A stretch of 64,000 nucleotides of DNA, taken from Bacilli bacterium (GTDB taxonomy: Bacteria; Bacillota_I; Bacilli_A; RFN20; CAG-826). The notes under the pieces were generated by a model. That model saw only the letters and a list, made by a program, of their open reading frames with translations, did not search any database and was not told the DNA's origin. The stretch covers positions 3,558-67,557 of the forward strand of contig JAXFZD010000009.1 of assembly GCA_034185265.1 (NCBI GenBank), in the 5' to 3' direction. Shown here piece after piece: positions 17,391 to 25,600 of the stretch (positions are counted from its first letter, which is position 1; every line of letters starts with the position of its first letter). The translations under genes and the position numbers were made by a program.

Positions 17391-18749
17391 ATGTTTGTTG
17401 GAAGAGAAAAAGAATTAAAACAACTAAATAGCGCTTTTTCATCACAAAATAAAGAATTAGGTATTATTTATGGTAGGCGTAGAATTGGAAAAACAAAACT
17501 CATCGATCAATTTGTGAAAGACAAACCGCATTTGTTTTATCAAGCGAAAGAGGACAGTTCGTATGGCAATCTACGCTCATTTTCTTATGAATTAAATAAA
17601 TTAATGTCTTTGCCTTTGGATTTCGTGTATTCAAGTTGGCAAGCTGCATTAGATGCTTTATCTAACTATTTTAATGGCTCTAGATTTATTTTATGTATTG
17701 ATGAATATCCATTTATCACTAAACAGGATAAGTCTTTCTCGTCTATTGTTGAAGAATTTTACGATCATTCAAATGATAATTTAATGCTATTAATCTCTGG
17801 CTCCGATGTATCTTTCCTCAAAAAAGAGATTAGAAACAAAAAATCACCATTATATAAAAGGAAGACATTTGAGATGAATGTTCAAAAACTTCCATTAGAG
17901 GAGGCTCTACAATTCTTTAATGGTGTTGATAAAGAAACAATATGTTCTTTTCTTTCAATAATGTCAACTTTCCCTTATTACTTATCTGCAATCAATACAA
18001 ATAATACTTTTGAAGATGAAATAAAAAGGTTAGTAATAAACGAATATGGCCCTTTTTTCAATCTTCCAGAAAACGTTTTATCAAAATCAAACAAACCAGA
18101 TATTTATAATGCTATTCTATTTGCAATCGCCAATAGAAAAACAAATATATCAAGCATCTCTTCATTCATTAAAGAAGAAACAGGAAAAGTATCTAAATAT
18201 TTAACAACTCTTTTGGAGTCAGAAGTAGTCGGAAAAAGAACAACATTTAATGGAAACAAAAAGAACAATTATTATGTAATAACAGATCCTCTTCTTAAAT
18301 TTTGGTATAAAGCAGTATACCCAAATCAAAGCAGAATTATTATCAATCCAGATATGATTTTTGATGAAATAAAAGTCGACTTAAAACAGGCTGTCGAATT
18401 TGGGTTTGAAGACGTATCTTTACTATATCTCAATAAACTTAATAGAACCGGAAAGCTTGGTCGCGTTTATCCAGAAATCCAAACATTCAAAGCAGATAAT
18501 ACGAGATTGGGCAGATTCGTAGAAATAGATGGTTTGGCCGAGCAGGATGGCCATTTATTAGTGGTCGAATGCAAATATAGAAAAGAAAAATTTACAATAG
18601 AAATGTTTGAGCACCTTAAAGAAAGCGATTCTATATTTAATAAGAACCTCATAAGGGAATACTATCTATTTTCCAAATCTGGTTTCGATGAACAATTAAA
18701 AGAATCAATTAACGTTAAGTTAATCGATTTAAGTATCTTGTTCTCATAA
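17391..18749 (+). CDS. ATPase of the archaeal-ATPase/DUF234 type (STAND-like)
   Basis: MFVGREKELKQL..GIIYGRRRIGKTKL (Walker A), FILCIDEYP (Walker B), C-terminal DUF234-like region (EIDGLAEQDGHLLVVECKYR). ATG at 17391 with AGGAGG 9 nt upstream. Confidence 0.7.
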   Translation: MFVGREKELKQLNSAFSSQNKELGIIYGRRRIGKTKLIDQFVKDKPHLFYQAKEDSSYGNLRSFSYELNKLMSLPLDFVYSSWQAALDALSNYFNGSRFILCIDEYPFITKQDKSFSSIVEEFYDHSNDNLMLLISGSDVSFLKKEIRNKKSPLYKRKTFEMNVQKLPLEEALQFFNGVDKETICSFLSIMSTFPYYLSAINTNNTFEDEIKRLVINEYGPFFNLPENVLSKSNKPDIYNAILFAIANRKTNISSISSFIKEETGKVSKYLTTLLESEVVGKRTTFNGNKKNNYYVITDPLLKFWYKAVYPNQSRIIINPDMIFDEIKVDLKQAVEFGFEDVSLLYLNKLNRTGKLGRVYPEIQTFKADNTRLGRFVEIDGLAEQDGHLLVVECKYRKEKFTIEMFEHLKESDSIFNKNLIREYYLFSKSGFDEQLKESINVKLIDLSILFS

Positions 18750-18752
18750 TTC

Positions 18753-18858
18753 ATTACTCGACAATTGGACATTAATTGTATTCATTCATCGACAATTGGA
18801 GAAACGATTGATTATCGAGACACCTACGTAAAAGTGCGTGTTTTTTTCTTTTTTTTGG
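18753..18858 (+). repeat. Cassette-boundary repeat copy R4 (includes a terminator-like hairpin)
   Basis: Box a CGACAATTGGA (18759-18769), box b CGACAATTGGAGAAAC (18790-18805), 31 bp apart. Imperfect hairpin CACCTACG..GTGCGTG followed by T7CT8 (18821-18856). Confidence 0.9.
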
Positions 18859-18913
18859 CATTATTTGCTATATTTGGTTTGTGAATTAAACTTTATTCAA
18901 TTTGTAACTGGAC

Positions 18914-18953
18914 ATATAAAAACCCCGTGAAAAACTGGACGGACACGAGGTTT
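18914..18953 (-). terminator. Rho-independent terminator of the DUF4417/toxin-like/immunity-like operon
   Basis: Minus strand: AAACCTCGTG..CACGGGGTTT followed by TTATAT. Confidence 0.55.
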
Positions 18954-19007
18954 AAACTTACATAGTTATTCTAGGCTTCGACAAACATGCAGAATCTGCT
19001 TGCAAGT

Positions 19008-19469
19008 TTATTTGTTCTCTTCAACAGCTGTTTTTAATTTCTCATCAGTATATGGGTTGGCATCGAAATATTCATCTTGCTTAACAATTCCAGCTTTAAT
19101 TAAAAGCTCAATATAAATTGAATCATATGTTTCAAACATCATTTCCTCATCTTTAGAAGCAGGATCGCTATCTAATGATAATTCTAATCTATTTAATAGT
19201 AGTCCAAGGAAAGGATATGGGTCTGATGCTTTTAAACAGTGACCATCAAAATTGTAAAACGCTATCATAAAATTCCATGCGTCACGTCTACCATTTATTG
19301 AATTCTTTAAATATTTAAACCACTCATCAAAGACAACTTGGTCACCATATTCTGCGATTAATTGCTTTGCAATTTCTAGTAAACGATCAACTTCATCGTC
19401 TGAATAGTCGCTTTGAAAATTAATACTAAATAATTCTTTATTAATATTTTCATCGTATTCGGTTTTCAT
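19008..19469 (-). CDS. Acidic 153-aa protein, immunity-protein-like
   Basis: ORF 2 nt downstream of the toxin-like gene. Acidic, helical, no signal peptide. The call is by context only. Confidence 0.4.
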   Translation of the reverse strand: MKTEYDENINKELFSINFQSDYSDDEVDRLLEIAKQLIAEYGDQVVFDEWFKYLKNSINGRRDAWNFMIAFYNFDGHCLKASDPYPFLGLLLNRLELSLDSDPASKDEEMMFETYDSIYIELLIKAGIVKQDEYFDANPYTDEKLKTAVEENK

Positions 19470-19471
19470 AA

Positions 19472-20017
19472 TTAATTACCTCCTTTAAAATTAGGTGATT
19501 TAGGATATTTTGCAAATGCTTCATGAGCCCATTTAATTGATTTTGAATTTGGTCGATAATGACCACTTCTATCATCATATGAGACAATTTGACCACGTTT
19601 TACAACTAGTATTCCTGCCATCCTCACTTTCGGGTCCGTACCACCTATCAAAGTAGGATGCGGAGTAGGAAGAGCACCTAGCGCACGGCCATTTCCATTT
19701 CTGTTTCCAATTATAACTTCACCTTTGGTTGTGATTACATATGGTAGAATCATAGATCCATTGCGACCTCCAATGTATTTACCATCATAAATGGACTCTA
19801 GTGTTTTTGCTGTCGGGTTCATCGAATATCCAATACCTGGCTTATAAACACCATATTTGATATCTTTTTTCATCATTTTGGCGTAAACGGAATACTCTTT
19901 TTGATAGGGCTGAGAGTTTCCGCCTAGGGGCGATAAAGAATAAAAGCTGCAACTTCCTCCAGAACCACCACCAGAGAAATTTGAGAATAAAGGACTACTA
20001 CCCTTCATCGTTATCAC
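19472..20017 (-). CDS. 181-aa protein with a Gly/Ser-rich N-terminus and a conserved-looking C-terminal domain (candidate toxin module)
   Basis: NFSGGGSGGSCS linker, then ..PTPHPTLIGGTDPKVRMAGILVVKRGQIVSYDDRSGHYRPN. Overlaps the upstream gene by 20 nt. The family was not identified. Confidence 0.4.
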   Translation of the reverse strand: MITMKGSSPLFSNFSGGGSGGSCSFYSLSPLGGNSQPYQKEYSVYAKMMKKDIKYGVYKPGIGYSMNPTAKTLESIYDGKYIGGRNGSMILPYVITTKGEVIIGNRNGNGRALGALPTPHPTLIGGTDPKVRMAGILVVKRGQIVSYDDRSGHYRPNSKSIKWAHEAFAKYPKSPNFKGGN

Positions 20018-20702
20018 CTTCAGAAAGTCTGCGCTCCCTATCTTTAGCGTTTTCTTTCATTGTGTAAGAATCATAAGGATAAATAGGAATTCCCTTTAAT
20101 CTTACATAAGCAAATATCTCATCAGGAACTGGCCCATACACACAAATTCCAGTAGGCTCTAATGTGTCTACTATTTTTTGAACTTGTTCCGCAAAGATGT
20201 TGCGATTATCAGTTCTTTTGATAAATCCATTAGTGCCAATAGCAATTAATGTATGATGAGGATATGCCTCGAGAGAAGATAATGTTCTGTTGTCACCTAG
20301 TCTAACATTTGGGACGACTTTAATACCTTGAGAACCATAATAATAGGTTATTCCTAGATTTAATCCTATTTGGCTCTTTTGAACCCAAAGTGGCATATTA
20401 TCGTAAGGACTTGCATCAACACCAATTATCAATCCATATTTTCTTAACTTTTCAGTATAAGCTTTTGGGTTACCTAAAATTGGTTGAAACGCTGGATCGT
20501 TGCAATAAAATGACATTCCAGTTTCAGATGGATTCGTAACATCGCATCTTCTATCCCACTGAATTATTTCTTTTGGAGGCTCAGTGGCAACCATCCATTC
20601 CTCAATTATTGCGAAACCATCGGTTTCGGTTCGTCCAGCTCCGTCAATGAGGTAGGCGAGATAGACGTCCCTGATATAGGGAGATTTTGGTTTTCGTAAC
20701 AT
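19998..20702 (-). CDS. DUF4417-like protein
   Basis: 234 aa. The FYCNDPAFQPILGNPKAYTEKLRKYGLIIGVDASPYDNMPLWVQKSQIGLNLGITYYYGSQGIKVVPNV pattern matches my recollection of DUF4417 proteins. Confidence 0.5.
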   Translation of the reverse strand: MLRKPKSPYIRDVYLAYLIDGAGRTETDGFAIIEEWMVATEPPKEIIQWDRRCDVTNPSETGMSFYCNDPAFQPILGNPKAYTEKLRKYGLIIGVDASPYDNMPLWVQKSQIGLNLGITYYYGSQGIKVVPNVRLGDNRTLSSLEAYPHHTLIAIGTNGFIKRTDNRNIFAEQVQKIVDTLEPTGICVYGPVPDEIFAYVRLKGIPIYPYDSYTMKENAKDRERRLSEGDNDEG

Positions 20703-20867
20703 AAATCAATTTTTACCTTTTTACGGTTTTGCCGTGTATTTAAAATTGAGATATGCTACTATTTATTTGGTGATTGCTAATTCAGCATATCTCTAATCGT
20801 AACCATTCGCACTGGTTGCGATTTTTTAGCAAATGTGTTCATTCTGTTCATACATCCTCCTTTTTTA

Positions 20868-21284
20868 CTATTCTCTCATATTCTCATACCTACCACCTCC
20901 ATTCAAAAACTCGTCTTCAACATCATTAGATGTTTTAACTTCAATATTGTTCATAACGCATTTCTTTTGTAATGTTTTATCATCAGTGATGAGGCAATAT
21001 CCGTCGATAAAAGCATATGCCATACATAAACAATCATAAGTAGATAAAGATTCGTATTTTAGAGCAAATTCACTTGTTTTGGCTATTATCTCATCTTTAT
21101 CATTTGTAATTACAGTTACTGATTTTCTGACAATTTCAGCCAATTCATCTGGCTTAATTAATTCGCCTATTATTTGAGTTTCAGAAATATAAAATTGGTC
21201 TTTATATTGCGATAAAGAACCAAGTTTGCCATCTTGGTAAAAAGTTATTAGAAAACATGAGTCGCAATATAAAAATTTCTTCAT
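20868..21284 (-). CDS. PIN-domain-like protein (putative toxin ribonuclease)
   Basis: 138 aa. N-terminal FLYCDSCFL (Asp), ..LSTYDCLCMAYAF.. and CLITDDKTLQKKC match PIN acidic-residue spacing. The start lies 1 nt after the stop of the upstream gene. Confidence 0.55.
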   Translation of the reverse strand: MKKFLYCDSCFLITFYQDGKLGSLSQYKDQFYISETQIIGELIKPDELAEIVRKSVTVITNDKDEIIAKTSEFALKYESLSTYDCLCMAYAFIDGYCLITDDKTLQKKCVMNNIEVKTSNDVEDEFLNGGGRYENMRE

Positions 21285-21285
21285 A

Positions 21286-22335
21286 TTATTCTGTCCTCAT
21301 ATTTTGCATTACATCATAAAGCGGAACATGCAAAAATTCTGCCGCTCTAGAAATTGTTATTAATTCTTCAGATAAAGCTAAATACACTTGTTGGGTAAAA
21401 ATTGTTGGCTTTTCAGAGTCCTTAACAGAATCTAAAAGTGTTTTTTCCATTTTTCTGCCACCATTTCTATTTAAGAAAATAAAGTAGTTTTTGTGGTACG
21501 TTTCCGTAATAACACCTGTTTCTAAAAGTCTATTTAATAAACAAGAAGGAGCAATTTTATATTGCTTAGCAATTTCATTTCTAAGATATGTTGTTATATT
21601 TCTATTTGTTTTACCAAATATAGAATAAATATCTTCATCGGGAATTAAAACATTACCTGCGACTTGGTTGATATATTTTTCAACATCTTTTTCCGACATG
21701 TTTTCTTCAGAATTATTAAAGAATAAATGACACGTTTCGTGAATTAAGGTGAATCTTTGTCTTTCAATTGTTCTAATTTTGGAATTGAAGAATATATAAG
21801 GAATGCCGTTTACCAATCCATTAATTCCGTCAATTTCATCAGAGCACTCAAAAGAAAGAATGATGATACCTGCATGTTCTAAAACATTAGTAACAGAATA
21901 AATTGGTCCAGAAGATGGGAGACCCAGAATAGATCTTATTATTTTGGCGTTATTAGAAGCAATATTATTAAAAGATAGTTTTTTAGCCTTAAAAATTTTA
22001 AAATTCAGCAAACCAACAATATTCATCAAAGCAACACGCTCAAAACATTTATTTTCAATTTCACTTTTTAAAAGTTCGATATCATTTTTTGAGGCTTTTT
22101 GTTTTTTTCTAAAACTGACATGATTAAAAACCAAATTACTATTATTTCTAGAAAGTAATTCAGTCCATGGAATATCTAAAGCATTAGCGATATTTTTGCA
22201 AATATCAATGTTTGGCTCCCTTTCTTCATTTTCATATAAAGAAATAGCAGCTTTAGTGCATCCAATTGCTTTAGCAAGCTCTTCAGTTGTCATTCCTTTT
22301 TTTAAACGGTAATACTTGATTTTTTTGCCAATCAT
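21286..22335 (-). CDS. Fused XRE-HTH / ImmA-IrrE (COG2856) zinc metallopeptidase
   Basis: MIGKKIKYYRLKKGMTTEELAKAIGCTKAAISLYENEER (HTH) and FTLIHETCHLFF (HExxH). ATG at 22335 with GAGGTG RBS; the ORF-track start at 22389 is unlikely. Confidence 0.8.
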   Translation of the reverse strand: MIGKKIKYYRLKKGMTTEELAKAIGCTKAAISLYENEEREPNIDICKNIANALDIPWTELLSRNNSNLVFNHVSFRKKQKASKNDIELLKSEIENKCFERVALMNIVGLLNFKIFKAKKLSFNNIASNNAKIIRSILGLPSSGPIYSVTNVLEHAGIIILSFECSDEIDGINGLVNGIPYIFFNSKIRTIERQRFTLIHETCHLFFNNSEENMSEKDVEKYINQVAGNVLIPDEDIYSIFGKTNRNITTYLRNEIAKQYKIAPSCLLNRLLETGVITETYHKNYFIFLNRNGGRKMEKTLLDSVKDSEKPTIFTQQVYLALSEELITISRAAEFLHVPLYDVMQNMRTE

Positions 22336-22359
22336 ATTCTTCACCTCTGTAAACATTTT

Positions 22360-22388
22360 ATCATATTTTTTTATTTTGTTAACAGTCA
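22360..22388 (-). promoter_or_regulatory. Candidate promoter of the XRE-ImmA/PIN operon
   Basis: Minus strand: TTGACT (22388-22383), 17 nt, TATGAT (22365-22360). Confidence 0.45.
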
Positions 22389-22410
22389 ATTATTGTGAGT
22401 GAAAAAAATT

Positions 22411-22475
22411 GTCCGTGAATCGACAGTTGACCTTAAAACCATGTCCGTGTATCGACAATTGGAGACATAGAGAGT
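22411..22475 (+). repeat. Cassette-boundary repeat copy R5 (last copy, abuts the core genes)
   Basis: Box a CGACAGTTGA (22421-22430), box b CGACAATTGGAGACAT (22453-22468), 32 bp apart. Both boxes are preceded by GTCCGTG. Confidence 0.9.
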
Positions 22476-22518
22476 AAGGGAGATTAGTGTATTGGCTTTT
22501 TGATTACTAATATAAAGA

Positions 22519-22552
22519 AGAAAAAAGCTCCTAGAATTATAACTCTAGGAGC
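22519..22552 (-). terminator. Rho-independent terminator of the surface-protein operon
   Basis: Minus strand: GCTCCTAGA-gttataat-TCTAGGAGC followed by TTTTTT. Confidence 0.8.
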
Positions 22553-22602
22553 AAGAGCTTTTTCTTATATCTTATATATATAATAGGATATAGAGTTAGA
22601 TA

Positions 22603-25600
22603 TTATTCGAGTTTTCTTTTTCCGCCACGAACAATGACAATAGAGACGATTATTGTAATTAAAGCTATTCCGCCAAAGATAGAACTGATAATTATAATTA
22701 CTGAAGTTGCGCTTTCAGTAATTGCTCTAGGAGTAAACATAGGTCCATTTTCAAATGGCTTAAGTCCGTCAAAGTGAACTACTTCAATCTCTACATATTT
22801 ATCTCTAAAGTCAATAAATGATTGTTCAGCGTTGCTATCTCTAAGAAGAGTTTGAGCTTCTTCAGATAATTTATTCCACATTTCTCTAAATGAAGTTCCA
22901 TCAGGAGTCTCTTTTTCGTTCCAAATTCCTTTTAATGCATTAACTATATTGCTTGATGCACCAGGTTGAGCTAAAGCATCTTCAACTTGGGCTAAGAAAT
23001 ATTTAGCGAAATATTCAGCTTCAGCAGAAACTAAGACGTTATGATTTTCTACTAAAAGCTTTTCTGCGTCTGAAAGAGCATCATAAGCAGTTTGCGCTAC
23101 TTTAATCTTGTTAGAGCTCTCTTCTGTAGGATAAACATCTCCAATAGCATCAATCTTATCCATTACATCTTGCCAAGAAGCAACTTTAATTACTGTATTG
23201 TTTAATAAATATAAGTTAAAGAGCATATTTCTTTCTTCGCTAGTTAAATCAATAGTTTCTTTTCCTAAGCGGTTAAGCTCTTCTACTCTTTCGGATTGAG
23301 AATAATCTAAGATGCTATTACAAACTCTTTCGATTTCTGCATCAAGCGCAGCTAATAATCCAAATCTTTCTTCAAATTCTCTTATAGCAGAATCTAAAAC
23401 ATAATCGTTAACAACTAAAGATTTATTTTCATCGCTTAGATTATCATAAGCTGTTTTAGCTTCTTCTATTGCATCGATACATTCTTGAGTATATTCAATT
23501 TCTCCGATTGCATCGATTAATTCAATTACATGTTCAACTTCTTCAACTCTTTCTTCTTCTCCAATAGCAACTAGAAGTACATCGAAGTTATTGTCTCCTA
23601 AATCAGAAATAGTGACTTCATATCCTTCTACTTCTAGAGCGATAGAGTATTCAATTTCTTTTTGTTTTCCTTCTGGATAAACATATTTACTTAATAAATA
23701 TTGTCCAATCCAACCTGAGAGACCATCTTCAACAGTTTCCGTGATTTCAGGAGATAAAACTTCTACTCCATCTCCTAAAATATGAAGATCTACTTTTTCA
23801 GGTCTAGAAGCAGTTCCGTCATCAACCCAACGTAACGAAACTGATAAATTAGTTTTGATTGTTTCATGGATTGCAACAAAGTTAAATCCAACTGGAGACA
23901 TAAAGTAAGCATCTTTATGTTCCCAAGTAGAAGTATCTTTTATAACTACTTGGTAAATAATTGGCTCGCCATCTTTATATTTAGGTAAGTTGTTACCTAA
24001 TGAATATGACCAATCTCCTCCAGAGAAAGTATGAGTATCAAGCTCTTCTCCGGTATTTCTATTTATTAAAGCGACAGTTAATTCACCGTCATTAGGTCTA
24101 AGATGATCATAATTATCTTCATCATTCCAGAAGATAGTTCCGGAAATATGTTCATAATTTTGTGCTGAGTTAGTGTGAATTAGAGTTAATACAAAGCCTT
24201 TTTTAACATCACCTGTTAATTCATAGCGATATTTATTTGCTGTATCACTTCCGCCAACTCCTTCTCCAATTCCATCCCAAGAAGGAACTAAAGTATCTAA
24301 GACTCCAGTATAAGTAGCATGCCAAGAATCTTCTTCTTTAACGTTAACTACTTCAGAACCATTAATTAATAAATCTAAAGAAGTTGGTCTAAGTCCGTCA
24401 ATATTATTACAATCATTAAATATGACTTGGATAGAAACATCTCTAGTCATCTCTTTATTTGACCAAGAAGCAACAAATGTTGTATCTTCAGTGACTTTAT
24501 AGGTTTCTCCTGGTTTATAGAGCTTTTCTCCAACTCTCCATCCTTCGAAATAGTTATTGTTAGCTTTTTCATCGTAGACATAGTTGAAGTCAGGAACTTT
24601 AATTTCTGAGTTAAGCTCTACAGCATAAGTTTTATCTTTATAGTTATCATCATTTAAATTAGGTTTAACTGTGATTTGTGCTGAAGCAGCAGAATCTTCA
24701 AAGTAATTAGATCTCCAGATCTTACTCCACTCTTTTCCAGTAGCGCCATCAGTTTTAATCCATCCAACATATTGACCTACGATATCGTAGAAGCATCCCT
24801 CTTTTTCCCAGAATAATTCGGGTAAAAGATGATCAGAATGGTAAATTGGAGTTTCATCTGGCATACCGAGTTTTCCCCATTTTTGAGGAGCACAGTTTAA
24901 TCCAATTTTAAATAAAGTATTTTTATGATCCCACTCTTGACCTGCTTTAGGAAGAGCAATTTTATGTGCAGGATCAGCAAAGAAAGCATTTACGTCATCT
25001 CTTTTCTTATCCCAGAAAACTTTATAACCTGTGCTTTGGCCAGCAGTATTCATTCCCGCATTTTTATAGTTACGGAATCCTCCTACAGACCATTCTTTTT
25101 CAGTTTCAAGAAGAATCATTCCACGAACGTCTTTAAGCTTAGGCATGAATGTATAATCTTTTGTGATGTCGTTATCTTGGAGATAGACAAAAGGTCTACC
25201 TGTTGAAGGATTAACTGGGTTTTCTTCAATAAATTTCTCTAAGATAACTTTTAAACGATCTCTAATAATTGGATTTTCTTCTGTTCTATAAGTTTCTTCG
25301 GTAAATCCTAAAATTAAACATTCACTTGGATTACGAATAAGGAAAGATTTAACCCAATCTAAAACCATATTTAAGTTAATTAGATTATCATTTTCATCTC
25401 CTGCCCAATATGTTCCGCCTTCTTTTTTCCCGTGGGTTTGCCACAAATTTTCCCCATCATCAATAAGTTCGTTTTTCTTAAATTTGTGTGTTTTTACTTT
25501 ACGGTTATGAAGTCTAATATCCATATAACGGACACCTTCTTCAAGTTGTTCTTTTATATAACGCTTTTGTGTAATTGCATATTGATCGCCAAATCCAAAA

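Noticed and set aside
13401-22475. Interpreting the five repeats as a CRISPR array or as classical integron attC sites
   Set aside because: The spacing is 1.3-3.7 kb with whole genes in between and no cas genes, so it is not a CRISPR array. The units contain direct boxes rather than the imperfect inverted R''-L''/L'-R' structure with GTTRRRY cores. Cassette genes point both ways, and the adjacent recombinases are serine-type, so it is not a canonical integron.
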